From contig OZ244937.1 in NCBI GenBank assembly GCA_965222075.1, positions 3,840,001-3,904,000 of the forward strand: 64,000 nucleotides of DNA, written 5' to 3'. The stretch comes from Candidatus Latescibacterota bacterium (GTDB taxonomy: Bacteria; Latescibacterota; UBA2968; GCA-2709665). The position numbers and the translations under genes were made by a program. The first letter of the stretch is position 1. Each line of letters begins with the position of its first letter. Below the pieces are notes generated by a model. It had not been told where the DNA came from, ran no database searches, and saw only the letters and a list, made by a program, of their open reading frames with translations. Below, piece by piece: positions 1 through 9,330 of this stretch.

Positions 1-19
1 CCAGCGGACTGGTGACCTA

Positions 20-247
20 TCCCCCCGGCCCCCTTTCCTGAGAAGAAAGGGGGAGAAAGGCGCAGAAGGCGACGGGGAGTTTGCAGAAAGTGGATCTGGA
101 TAAGGTGAAGATATAAGACAGAATCTTGAAGGTGTTCTAAGTCGACCCATCCGGAGAGAGTATAACTGAAGAAACGCTCTACCTTCCAAACCTCTTAGGA
201 ACACCCTCTCCCCTCCCCGCCTCGGGGAGGGGCCGGGGGAGGGGTCA
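20..247. repeat. Cluster of GC-rich palindromic (REP/MITE-like) sequences
   Basis: Hairpins CCCCCTTTC..GAAAGGGGG (about 29-54) and CCCCTCCCC-GCCTC-GGGGAGGGG (about 210-232), plus imperfect IR GGTGTTCTAAG / CTTAGGAACACC (131-204). Confidence 0.5.
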
Positions 248-428
248 CTACCACGGCTGTTCCGCGTTCCCCGGACGCCGACGGCAATCGCACCGGTGGC
301 CTGCAACCTCTGCTGTCCGCTACAACAACTTTCCCTGTATTCTGTCAAAACAATTGGTTATATTTACTTTGTTACCAATGGCGTTGTATTTATAGGCGGT
401 TTCTGCGGCATAAAGGGAGAGAGTATGG

Positions 429-881
429 ATGTTGAAAAGCGAAACGGATGAGCATCGGGAATCGGTCTGGAGTGTGAACGACAGGGAATGGTTTGCCTAT
501 TTGTCGGTCGCACTATTTGTTCTCGGATTGGTTTTGCGGTATCGGGAAAAGGATGCATTTCAAACGGCATTCGACCTCATAAAAGATGTGGGAACCATTG
601 GCATCTTTGCTGTTACAGGTGCTTTTTTCACACTGGAGGTGATAGACGTTATGTTAGGAATTTATGAGAGGATTAAGAAAACGCAACATGAAATGGGACG
701 CAAGGCAGGACGTCAGGAAGGACGTCAGGAAGGTCAGGAAGGACGTCAGGAAGGACGTCAGGAAGGACGTCAGGAACAAATTGATAAAATCAGGAAACGG
801 ATTGAGGCTGAAAGAGAAAAAGGAAATCTGAAAGACATCGAGTTGAGGAAATTTGAAAAACTTCTGGACGACGATGAGTAA
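429..881 (+). CDS. Hypothetical 2-TM membrane protein with RQEG repeats; internal in-frame start at 651
   Basis: 150 aa ORF, two hydrophobic segments, GRQE repeats, charged helical tail; AT-richer than flanks; GGAGAG upstream. Confidence 0.7.
   Translation: MLKSETDEHRESVWSVNDREWFAYLSVALFVLGLVLRYREKDAFQTAFDLIKDVGTIGIFAVTGAFFTLEVIDVMLGIYERIKKTQHEMGRKAGRQEGRQEGQEGRQEGRQEGRQEQIDKIRKRIEAEREKGNLKDIELRKFEKLLDDDE
708..776 (+). repeat. 12-bp tandem repeat GGACGTCAGGAA x6 (third copy 3 nt shorter)
   Basis: Read directly from sequence; encodes GRQE units. Confidence 0.95.
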
Positions 882-909
882 GAAGCTGTATAGGTGCATT
901 GAGGATACC

Positions 910-1893
910 GTGTCAGACCCCCGAAAACTCGCCTGCTGTGCGGCCGATCGGCCCACCACCCTGGCAGGCAGGCAACCGCCCGCCTCAAAACCGCGGGCCA
1001 AAGCGAAAACCCGCCGCGCCCGGAAGAAAACCGCGTCCACCAGCGGAATGGTCCGGCTGGACAGCGGAGCATTCCTGATGGGCACAGACGACAACCTCGG
1101 CTTTCCCGATGACGGCGAAGGTCCCGTCCGGGAAGTCTATCTGCACCCATTCTACATCGACCCATGCGCCGTCACCAACGCCCGGTTTGCCAGATTTGTG
1201 AAAGCCACCGGGTACCAGACCGAAGCGGAACGGTTTGGCTGGTCCTTCGTCTTCCACAGCTTTATTGCCCCCAGCGTGGCGCAGCGCGTGACTCAGGTCG
1301 CCTCCGATACCCCCTGGTGGTGGCCCGTGGAAAACGCCTCTTGGCGCTGCCCCGAAGGCCCCGGTTCAACCGTCCGGAGACGCCTGGACCACCCCGCCGT
1401 CCACATCTCCTGGAACGACGCCGCTGCCTACTGCAAGTGGGCGGGAATGCGCTTGCCCACAGAAGCCGAATGGGAATTTGCCGCCCGGGGGGGGCTGAAA
1501 GGGAAAACCTACCCGTGGGGAGATGAACTGACCCCCAACGGGGAACACCGATGCAACATTTGGCAGGGAACGTTTCCCGATGTCAACACCGCAGAAGACG
1601 GACACGTAGGCACAGCGCCCGCGCATGCCTTCCCGCCCAACGGCTATGGTCTATACAGTGTATCCGGAAACGTATGGGAGTGGTGCGCCGACTGGTTTAG
1701 CCCCGACTTCCACGTCAATAGCCCCCACGAAAACCCGAAAGGCCCCCCTTCCGGCGGGGCAAAAGTGATGCGAGGAGGGTCCTACCTCTGCCACGACTCC
1801 TACTGCAACCGCTACCGCGTGGGCGCACGATCCTCCATCACCCCCGACAGCTCAACGGGAAATCTTGGATTCCGCTGCGCCCGGAACGCCTGA
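910..1893 (+). CDS. Formylglycine-generating enzyme (FGE/SUMF1 family)
   Basis: RLPTEAEWEFAARGG, GNVWEWC, RGGSYLCHDSYCNRYR, GFRC motifs; GTG start after GAGG. Confidence 0.92.
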   Translation: MSDPRKLACCAADRPTTLAGRQPPASKPRAKAKTRRARKKTASTSGMVRLDSGAFLMGTDDNLGFPDDGEGPVREVYLHPFYIDPCAVTNARFARFVKATGYQTEAERFGWSFVFHSFIAPSVAQRVTQVASDTPWWWPVENASWRCPEGPGSTVRRRLDHPAVHISWNDAAAYCKWAGMRLPTEAEWEFAARGGLKGKTYPWGDELTPNGEHRCNIWQGTFPDVNTAEDGHVGTAPAHAFPPNGYGLYSVSGNVWEWCADWFSPDFHVNSPHENPKGPPSGGAKVMRGGSYLCHDSYCNRYRVGARSSITPDSSTGNLGFRCARNA

Positions 1894-1923
1894 ACCACAC
1901 ACCCGCAACCCTTCCCCGCCCTT

Positions 1924-1964
1924 CCCATGCCTTCGGCGAGGCCTTTTTCTTGATCGCCCAAGAA
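1924..1964 (-). repeat. MITE-like repeat family, copy 1 (core)
   Basis: Reverse complement matches TTCTTGGGCGnnCAAGAAAAAGGCCTCGCCGAAGGCATGGG at 31933 and 49805. Confidence 0.85.
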
Positions 1965-1969
1965 GCGGG

Positions 1970-2596
1970 TTACACCATCGGCCGCTGCGAGAGGTCCAAC
2001 GGCGATGGCGCGCGCGCCATCGCGAGCTCGTAGCCCGGTTTCGACGGTTCGAGAAAGGTGATGGCTTCATAGAAGTCGTCGAGCGCGACGAACACCCCGT
2101 TCGCATTCGCCCAGGACCGCATCCGCTGGTTGCACGAATGCCTCCACGAGAGGATTTCCACTCTCCAGCCTCGTTTCTGCATCCGTTCCAGCGTCCGGTG
2201 AAACCCGGCGCCTTCAAGGTAGCCTGCTCCGTCGCCGGTGAGGAGCGTCACGATCCCGGGAATTCCGTTGTAATCCAGTGCGTCCTCAAGCATCTGCAAT
2301 TGCAACATGTAATCGGGCATTTGCTGCTCGCCGCGAGCGGGGTCGTGGCGATCGAACAGAGTGACTTCCACGCCGGAAGCCTCCATCCGGTTCCAGAGGC
2401 CCCGCATTTCAGGCGGAACCGAACCGGCGGCGATCGCCTTTTGGAGCGTCCGGTCCGCGTGCGCGAGCCGCAGCAGGTTATCGAAGTGGATGCGCACCCG
2501 GTAACGGGCACCTGGCCCTTCGTCCTGTTCCTCCGCGAGGCGCTGGACCTCGTGAAAGATGTTTGAGTTATCCCAATAAACGAAAACCTTGTCCAT
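1970..2596 (-). CDS. NYN domain (LabA/DUF88, PIN-fold) protein
   Basis: N-terminal VYWDNSNI, LLTGDG, GWRVEILSW and FVALDD motifs. Confidence 0.85.
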   Translation of the reverse strand: MDKVFVYWDNSNIFHEVQRLAEEQDEGPGARYRVRIHFDNLLRLAHADRTLQKAIAAGSVPPEMRGLWNRMEASGVEVTLFDRHDPARGEQQMPDYMLQLQMLEDALDYNGIPGIVTLLTGDGAGYLEGAGFHRTLERMQKRGWRVEILSWRHSCNQRMRSWANANGVFVALDDFYEAITFLEPSKPGYELAMARAPSPLDLSQRPMV

Positions 2597-2685
2597 CCAG
2601 TGTTCTCCCCTTCTGATCTATCGGCCTACCTCATACCTAGCTCAGAAGAAACACCTGTCAATAGAGTTTTTTATCCGCCGACCGA

Positions 2686-2705
2686 CCTGTCTGCTGCCAG
2701 GCAGG
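2686..2705. repeat. Short CCTG(T/C)CTGC..CAGGCAGG palindrome
   Basis: CCTGTCTGCTGCCAGGCAGG; same family as elements at 28137 and 55296. Confidence 0.6.
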
Positions 2706-2740
2706 CGCGAAGACCGCTGGGAGGGTTAAAACAGCTTCTT

Positions 2741-4459
2741 TTAGCATACCTGCCGCACCCGCAGGGTCCGAAACCGGTTGATGGCCGCCGCCAGTTCAAA
2801 CCGGCGCGGAAGCGCAAACTGCCCCAGCAGGCGCGGGCTCAAAACATCCAGCCCCTCCCCATCCAAATCCGCCCAGACCCGCTCCAGCACCTCCCGCAAC
2901 GGACGCCTTCCGTCCATATACCGGTTTCGAGCGTAAAGAATCGCGTTCCCGATCGCCTCCGTCTGCCCCCTGTCAACGACCTGCTCAACCGCAGAAAGGT
3001 CGATCGTCTGCTCCCCAAACGCAATCGTATGGGCATCGCGCACCCCAATATTGACCCCCCGGCGGCCCCGGCTGGGATCGATACTATCCGAGATGGGTGC
3101 CCGGGCAGTCACCCGCCCGAACCGCTCGCCTCCCTCTGCCCTCCGTCTTGCCCGATAGCGCTGCGCAATCGCCCCCGCCTCCCGGCTGACGTCCCGGGGG
3201 CAATAGACATCCATCATAATCACCCGGTCGGCTGCATCGAAATAGTCGCCCGACCCCCCGATCACCAGCACCGTAGAAACCCCCAGATCCCGATAGAGCA
3301 GGCGAACCTTATCGATAAACGGCGTGATCGGCTCCTTCTCCTTGGCCACCAGCTCCTGCATCCGGTGATCCCGGATCATAAAATTCGTCGCCGAAGTATC
3401 CTCGTCAATCAGCAACAAATCAGCGCCCGCCTCCAGCGCCTCGATAATATTTGCAGCCTGCGATGTACTCCCGCTGGCGTCCTCCGTAGAAAAGGCGGAC
3501 GTGTCCTTGCCGTGGGGCAGATGGGTAATAAAGGGCCGGATGTCCACCCCCTCAATCCTCCGGCCGTCCTCTGCCCGGATCTTGACCGCATCCGCCACCG
3601 TCACCGCCAGCTCCCGGCCGTCTCCGGGAATGTGGTTGTAGACCCCCACCTCCAGGGCACGCAACAGCGTCGACTTCCCGTGGTAGCCCCCGCCTACGAT
3701 GAGGGTGATCCCCCTGGGAATCCCCATCCCCACCACCTCCCCCCGGCCTGGAAGGTCCACCACCACACGCAGTGAGGGGGGGGAAACAAACGGAACGGCC
3801 GCTTCCGCCCGCATCGGCCTGTCGTCCACCCCGCTGCGCCGGGGCAGCACCGCCCCCTCCGGTACAAAAGCCACCAGCCCCAAATCGTCCAACCTCTTTC
3901 GCAGCGCATCCTGGTCTTCATTCACCTCAAGATGGGCGTATAACCCCGCCCGGTCCAAACGGTCAAAACACAGCGCGCAGGCCACGATCTCGGGCAACTC
4001 CTCAAAAAACATCGCCTCTGCCTGTCGGCCCATCACACGCCTCCCCTGAGCGGGCAGCCCCATCAGCAGCCGCGCCTCCACCCCCTCCTGCGTCACCCCC
4101 ACCGAAGTCCGCTCTAAAATCTCCTGCCCCGGCCCACCAATCGCAATCTGTCCGCTCCGCCCGCTCCCCCGCCGGCCCCGCGTAACCCGCAGGATGGCCT
4201 CGGCAACCCGCCGGGTCAAAAAATCGCAGAGCCCCACCCGCCGGCTTCGAGAGGAAAACGTATCCCCTGGAAAACGGGCCACGCCCTGCAAGACCTCAAC
4301 CCGTATCCGGCTTGGCGGCGCGAACGGATCGGCCTGTACATGGTCGATACGCAAACAATAGCATCCAAAATCGTACTGCCCTGCAATCGCCTTGTACGCC
4401 GGATACCCCCGACCGTCGATCCGGCGCAGATTCCGACGCAGATCCTCCCCGCTCCTCAT
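2741..4459 (-). CDS. ABC-class ATPase domain protein (COG3044 / MRB1590-like)
   Basis: Walker A GGGYHGKST, Walker B LLLIDEDTSATNFM, ASGSTSQAA, N-terminal DHVQADPFAPPS. Confidence 0.9.
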   Translation of the reverse strand: MRSGEDLRRNLRRIDGRGYPAYKAIAGQYDFGCYCLRIDHVQADPFAPPSRIRVEVLQGVARFPGDTFSSRSRRVGLCDFLTRRVAEAILRVTRGRRGSGRSGQIAIGGPGQEILERTSVGVTQEGVEARLLMGLPAQGRRVMGRQAEAMFFEELPEIVACALCFDRLDRAGLYAHLEVNEDQDALRKRLDDLGLVAFVPEGAVLPRRSGVDDRPMRAEAAVPFVSPPSLRVVVDLPGRGEVVGMGIPRGITLIVGGGYHGKSTLLRALEVGVYNHIPGDGRELAVTVADAVKIRAEDGRRIEGVDIRPFITHLPHGKDTSAFSTEDASGSTSQAANIIEALEAGADLLLIDEDTSATNFMIRDHRMQELVAKEKEPITPFIDKVRLLYRDLGVSTVLVIGGSGDYFDAADRVIMMDVYCPRDVSREAGAIAQRYRARRRAEGGERFGRVTARAPISDSIDPSRGRRGVNIGVRDAHTIAFGEQTIDLSAVEQVVDRGQTEAIGNAILYARNRYMDGRRPLREVLERVWADLDGEGLDVLSPRLLGQFALPRRFELAAAINRFRTLRVRQVC

Positions 4460-4480
4460 GGTCTCTATACCTTACATATA

Positions 4481-4520
4481 AAGCAGTGGGGGACGAACCT
4501 GCCGTCGTCCCCCACTGCTT
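4481..4520 (-). terminator. Probable intrinsic terminator after rplI
   Basis: Perfect 16-bp stem AAGCAGTGGGGGACGA / TCGTCCCCCACTGCTT with 8-nt loop. Confidence 0.7.
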
Positions 4521-4549
4521 CCAAACCGGCCCGAAACCTGAAACACGCC

Positions 4550-4993
4550 TCATTCCCTCACAACCCAAACCTTGACCTTGGCCTCCACTTCCGCATGCAG
4601 ACGGATAGGCACATCGTAAACGCCCAGCGCCCGAATCGGCTCCTCGAGCTGAACCGCGCGGCGATCGATCTCAAGCCCCTGCTCGTTCAACAGGTCGGCA
4701 ATATGCTGCGACCCGACCGACCCGAAAATCCGATCCTCTTCACCCACAGCCACGGGCACCGTGCACGACATCTTCTCCAGCCGCTTCCCCAAAGCCTCCG
4801 CCTCTCGCTGCGCCCGGGTACCCTGCATCTGCTTCTGGCGGCCGAACTCCTTGTATACCGCCATGTTGCTCCGGTTGGCAACAAGCGCCAAACTCCGCGG
4901 GAGGAGGTAGTTCCGGGCATAACCGTCCTTCACCTCAACAATACTCCCCGCCTCCCCCAAACGGCCCACGTCCTCTGTCAGTATCACCTTCAT
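4550..4993 (-). CDS. rplI: 50S ribosomal protein L9
   Basis: MKVILTEDV..LGEAG..VKDGYARNYLLPR; FGSV motif. Confidence 0.97.
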   Translation of the reverse strand: MKVILTEDVGRLGEAGSIVEVKDGYARNYLLPRSLALVANRSNMAVYKEFGRQKQMQGTRAQREAEALGKRLEKMSCTVPVAVGEEDRIFGSVGSQHIADLLNEQGLEIDRRAVQLEEPIRALGVYDVPIRLHAEVEAKVKVWVVRE

Positions 4994-5034
4994 AAATCTC
5001 ATTCCTCGTCAAAAAAAGATGGGCCCCATCGTCT

Positions 5035-5250
5035 TTACCTGACCGTCTCCGCGGCAAAGGGCAACAACGCAATCTGTCGCGCCCGTTTGAGCACCCGCGT
5101 CAACTGGCGCTGATGATGTGCCTGACTCCGCCGGGGGGTAATCTTTCCCCGTTCGGTAACAAACCGTTGAAGCAGCCGCACATCCTTGTAACCGATCTCC
5201 AGAGACTTATCCTCGCAAAACCGGCAGACCTTTACACGCATTCGATTCAT
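5035..5250 (-). CDS. rpsR: 30S ribosomal protein S18
   Basis: CRFC, YKDVRLL, ERGKI.PRR, HQRQL..KRAR..ALLPF. Confidence 0.95.
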   Translation of the reverse strand: MNRMRVKVCRFCEDKSLEIGYKDVRLLQRFVTERGKITPRRSQAHHQRQLTRVLKRARQIALLPFAAETVR

Positions 5251-5663
5251 ACCGCTTCCTCCTCGTCTGCTTCGTGCTCACCCTCGGCTTCAGCATCTTC
5301 AGCATCCCCATCCGACGCGTCGCCCCCGGTGTGAACCTCCTCCGCTTCAACCTCGGAAGGGGCAGGCTCCAAATCCACTTCGAGCAGAACGACCATATAC
5401 CGGAGCACCGACTCGTCCAACTTGCAGACCCGATCCAGTTCGGGAAGAATCCCTGGCTCCGCCTGGAACTGGACAAAAGTGTAAACAGCCTGCTGGTGTT
5501 TCTTAATTTCATACGCCAGCTTCCGCACCCCCCACCGATCCACATTGAAGATTGTGGCGTCCTGCCCGGTGAGAAAGTCCTCATAGCGCTTGATGGTCTC
5601 CTCTACACCCCCTTCCGGAAGTTGAGAATCCACAATCAGCGCCAGTTCGTAATTCCTCGACAT
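5247..5663 (-). CDS. rpsF: 30S ribosomal protein S6
   Basis: [20 protein letters not shown]; acidic C-terminal tail. Confidence 0.96.
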   Translation of the reverse strand: MSRNYELALIVDSQLPEGGVEETIKRYEDFLTGQDATIFNVDRWGVRKLAYEIKKHQQAVYTFVQFQAEPGILPELDRVCKLDESVLRYMVVLLEVDLEPAPSEVEAEEVHTGGDASDGDAEDAEAEGEHEADEEEAV

Positions 5664-5720
5664 ACAAAATCTCCCCCTGGACTAAGACCCGGGATATACG
5701 CTTCCCGAGTGGGGTTAAAT
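5664..5720 (-). promoter_or_regulatory. Possible S6:S18-type leader hairpin next to the rpsF RBS
   Basis: Minus strand CTCGGGA-AGCGTATA-TCCCGGG stem inside a CCCC/GGGG pairing that includes the GGGGGAG SD; position fits rpsF autoregulatory leaders. Confidence 0.35.
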
Positions 5721-5734
5721 ACTGCCTGCTACCC

Positions 5735-8014
5735 TCAGTTGGCCTGCTTTGAATCCTGTTCCCCCTCCTCGACCAGGGACCCGCGCTTGCTAAACACGAT
5801 CCCGATGCCCAGGGCAATAATGCAGGTAAGAACGACCACCATGCGGCCAATAGAGAACTCGTTGAAGTGAACGTACACAACAAAGGGTGCAACGAGAAGG
5901 CCGACCAGATTCATCACCTTGATCAGCGGGTTGAACGCCGGTCCCGCCGTGTCCTTGTAGGGATCGCCCACCGTGTCACCGATCACGCCCGCCTTGTGGG
6001 CGTCGGTCCCCTTGCCGCCCAGGAACCCGTCCTCGATCTTTTTCTTGGCATTATCCCATGTTGCCCCGGTATTGCACATATACCCGGCAAGCAGCTGCCC
6101 CGTAAGGATCGCACCGGCTAAGTACCCGCCCAGAGCGCCCGGCCCCAGGCCAAAACCGACCAGCACCGGCGTGGCGATGGCCAGGATGCCGGGGCCAAGG
6201 AGTTCCTTCTGCGCGGCCGCCGTTACAATATCCACACAGGTGCCGTAATCCGGCTTCTCTTTGCCCGTCATAATGCCGGGATGTTCCCGGAACTGCCGAC
6301 GAACCTCCTCCACAACCTGGAATGCGGCACGGCCCACAGCCTTGATCGCAAACGAAGAAAACAGAAACGGCACGGCCCCGCCAATCAGCAGACCCACAAA
6401 TACCTGTGGAAGGTTCACCTGAATACCCGTCTCGATCAGGCCCGTGGCGTCGATAAAGGAACTGAAAAGGGAGATGGCCGCAATCACCGCCGTGGCAATG
6501 GCCAGCCCCTTCGTCAATGCCTTGGTGGTATTCCCGATGGCGTCCATCCAGGCCAGGTTCCGGCTGGCCTCGTGCTCCTCCGTAATGCCCGACATCTCGA
6601 AAATGCCGTGCGCATTGTCAGTGATGGGGCCGTAGGTATCCATCGCCAGGATGAACCCGGTGGTCGTCAGCAGCCCCAGACCGGTCAGCGCGATGCCGTA
6701 GGCGGCCAGGGCGGGACTGTCCGGGAAAATGATCAGGGAGGAGATGATCGTCAGGCTAATGGTGACCACCGCCCAGACCGTCGACTCCAGCCCCTCGGCC
6801 ATACCCGCTAAGATCAGCGTGGCCGGCCCGGTTCGAGAAGCCACGGCGGTCTCTGTGGTCGGCCGCAGGTCCGGATGGGTGAAATGGTTGGTCAGCCACA
6901 GCGTGACAATAGCCAGGACGATGCCCATCGTCGTCGCCCAGAAAAACCGAAAGTCGGGCGCACCCGTATTGGGGTCGGTCAAATAGAAAAAATTGACAAT
7001 GGCGAAGCCCAAAATAGACACAAGAGACGCCGTCCAGTAGCCCACGCTGATGGGCCGCATCGGGTCCGCCAGCTCCTGTTCCTTCGCCCGCACCGCCCAG
7101 GTGCCGATAATGGACGAGAAGACGCCGACCGCGCGGATGAGGAGCGGATAGATGATAAGCTTCAGGGCGAACCCTGCCGATGCCGCCCCGTAGACCTCGT
7201 TGAAGTGCGCATCCAGCGTGGCCACCGCCGCTAAGATGATGGCAGCCACAAGCGTCACTTCATAGGACTCGAACACATCCGCCGCCATCCCGGCGCAGTC
7301 CCCCACGTTATCCCCCACATTGTCGGCAATCACCGCCGCATTTCGCGGGTCATCCTCCGGGATGTTCTGTTCCACCTTGCCCACCAGGTCCGCGCCCACG
7401 TCCGCCGCCTTGGTGAAAATACCCCCGCCCACCCTCATGAACAGGGCTGCGAGCGACCCACCGAACCCGAAGCCGATGAGGACCTTCATAGCATCCTCTT
7501 TGAAGATCATAAAAATCAGCGTTGCGCCAAGCAGCCCGAAGCCAACGGTGAACATGCCCGACACGGTCCCGGCGCGAAAAGCCAGCTCCAGCGCAGGCTT
7601 GAACCCCCGCAGGGCGGCGTTGGCCGTACGCACATTCCCCTTCACGGCCAACCACATCCCCACATAACCCGCCCCGTAGGAGGCCATCACGCCCATCAGA
7701 AAGGCCACGGCCACACCAATGGGAAGCGGGTGGGGGTACTGCTCGGGCATGCTGTGATACATGTAAAAAAGGCCGATGGTGATCACGATGACAAACCAGA
7801 TCATCGTCCTGACCTGCCGGCCCAGGTAGGCCATCGCCCCCTCCTCAATGGCGCGGGCAACCTGCTGCATCCGGGGTGTGCCGGGGTCTTCCTTGAGCAC
7901 CTGCCTGACCAGATACAATCCATACGCCAGCGCAACGAACGCAGACGCCAGAACAGCCCACAGCAATATCAACTCCGACTGCCCCAACGGGGGCAACTCA
8001 ATATGACCTTCCAT
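5735..8014 (-). CDS. hppA: Membrane-bound pyrophosphatase, K+-independent H+-PPase type
   Basis: GGIFTKAADVGADLVGKVE, DNVGDNVGDCAGM, GDTVGDPYKDT; GNTTKA carries the Lys of K+-independent enzymes. Confidence 0.95.
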   Translation of the reverse strand: MEGHIELPPLGQSELILLWAVLASAFVALAYGLYLVRQVLKEDPGTPRMQQVARAIEEGAMAYLGRQVRTMIWFVIVITIGLFYMYHSMPEQYPHPLPIGVAVAFLMGVMASYGAGYVGMWLAVKGNVRTANAALRGFKPALELAFRAGTVSGMFTVGFGLLGATLIFMIFKEDAMKVLIGFGFGGSLAALFMRVGGGIFTKAADVGADLVGKVEQNIPEDDPRNAAVIADNVGDNVGDCAGMAADVFESYEVTLVAAIILAAVATLDAHFNEVYGAASAGFALKLIIYPLLIRAVGVFSSIIGTWAVRAKEQELADPMRPISVGYWTASLVSILGFAIVNFFYLTDPNTGAPDFRFFWATTMGIVLAIVTLWLTNHFTHPDLRPTTETAVASRTGPATLILAGMAEGLESTVWAVVTISLTIISSLIIFPDSPALAAYGIALTGLGLLTTTGFILAMDTYGPITDNAHGIFEMSGITEEHEASRNLAWMDAIGNTTKALTKGLAIATAVIAAISLFSSFIDATGLIETGIQVNLPQVFVGLLIGGAVPFLFSSFAIKAVGRAAFQVVEEVRRQFREHPGIMTGKEKPDYGTCVDIVTAAAQKELLGPGILAIATPVLVGFGLGPGALGGYLAGAILTGQLLAGYMCNTGATWDNAKKKIEDGFLGGKGTDAHKAGVIGDTVGDPYKDTAGPAFNPLIKVMNLVGLLVAPFVVYVHFNEFSIGRMVVVLTCIIALGIGIVFSKRGSLVEEGEQDSKQAN

Positions 8015-8036
8015 GGAACGGTTGACCCTCCCTCCT

Positions 8037-8600
8037 TTAAGAATTATAACGATTCATCGCCGCATCCGGACCCAACGCCGTCCAGCACGCCACGCCATCG
8101 GCCGCCGTCCGGACCAACCTCTCGACCCCTTCCAGCTCACCCTCGTCGAATCCATTCAACACATAGGCAACAAGGCCCATCTCTTCCGGAGGCATGCCAA
8201 TACCCATCCGGAGCCTTGGGAACCCGGCAGCCCCTACGGTTTCAATGATCGAAGCCAGCCCGTTGTGCCCCCCATCGCTTCCTTTTCGCCGCAGCCGAAC
8301 ACACCCCAGGTCCAGATACACGTCGTCAACCACCACCAGCGCATCTTCCAGAGCAATACCGAACCGCCGGAGGACGTCTCCAACCGCAGTCCCGCTGCTG
8401 TTCATATACACCGTCGGCTTGACCAGCAGCAGCGGCTTTGACGCACAGGCCACCTCACAGAAGAGATACGTAGACGCCCGCGCCCAATCCCCTCCCAGGT
8501 CGCCTGCCAGCAAATCGACCACCCGGAAGCCCAGATTGTGGCGGGTACCGGCATAACGCGCCCCCGGGTTGCCCAGGCCCACTGCGGCCTGCACAATCAT
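8037..8600 (-). CDS. pth: Peptidyl-tRNA hydrolase
   Basis: VGLGNPG..Y..TRHNLGF, KPTVYMN.SG, GGHNGL. Confidence 0.97.
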   Translation of the reverse strand: MIVQAAVGLGNPGARYAGTRHNLGFRVVDLLAGDLGGDWARASTYLFCEVACASKPLLLVKPTVYMNSSGTAVGDVLRRFGIALEDALVVVDDVYLDLGCVRLRRKGSDGGHNGLASIIETVGAAGFPRLRMGIGMPPEEMGLVAYVLNGFDEGELEGVERLVRTAADGVACWTALGPDAAMNRYNS

Positions 8601-8608
8601 ACCCCCCT

Positions 8609-9301
8609 CTACTGCGATCTGCCTTCCTCGGCCTCCTCCTCACCGCGCCTGCCCCGCTCGATAACCTCAGGCTCCTGCATCTCCTCTTCCTCCACCTCCA
8701 CCCCTTCCTCTTCCTCTTCCTCCACCTCCTTGACCACAGTGGGCGGAACCACCACGAACACCGAACGATCCCCTTCGGTAACAATCCGGACATCGCCCCC
8801 AACAGAGAGATCCGAAACGTGGACCGTATCTCCGATACGCATCTCAGACACATCCAACTCGATCCGCTCGGGGATCTGGGTGGGCAGACACTCCACCTCC
8901 ACCGTGTAGAGCATGTGCTCCAGGATCCCCCCATCGGCCCGCACCCCAACCGGGATGCCCACCCCCACAACCGACACATCCAACACGATTTTCTCGGTCA
9001 GAGAAATCCGGTGAAAGTCTACATGCAGGATGCTGTCCCCAATAGGGTGCTGCTGGATCTCCTTGATAATGGTGGTTTGGAAGGCGTCCTTTCCATCTTC
9101 CAGTACCAGGGAAATGATGGTATTCCGGCCCTGAGTATGCAGGATGTCCTCCAGGTGCTTCCGGTCCACCAAACAGGGCACCGTCGGCTCGTTGTCTCCA
9201 TATACCACCGCTGGAAGGTAGCCCTGCTGCCGGAGGTGTTTGGCCGCCTGTTTTCCGCTCTGCCGGCGCAACCTGGCCTGTAGTACCACATCATCAGCCA
9301 T
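8609..9301 (-). CDS. rplY: 50S ribosomal protein L25/CTC
   Basis: LPAVVYG, ILHVDF, GV..GG.L, acidic tail. Confidence 0.95.
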   Translation of the reverse strand: MADDVVLQARLRRQSGKQAAKHLRQQGYLPAVVYGDNEPTVPCLVDRKHLEDILHTQGRNTIISLVLEDGKDAFQTTIIKEIQQHPIGDSILHVDFHRISLTEKIVLDVSVVGVGIPVGVRADGGILEHMLYTVEVECLPTQIPERIELDVSEMRIGDTVHVSDLSVGGDVRIVTEGDRSVFVVVPPTVVKEVEEEEEEGVEVEEEEMQEPEVIERGRRGEEEAEEGRSQ

Positions 9302-9330
9302 GCTTGAATTCTCCGTTCAACGCAAAAAAA

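Noticed and set aside
708-776. Possible CRISPR array
   Set aside because: Contiguous 12-bp units with no spacers inside a CDS; no cas genes in the window.
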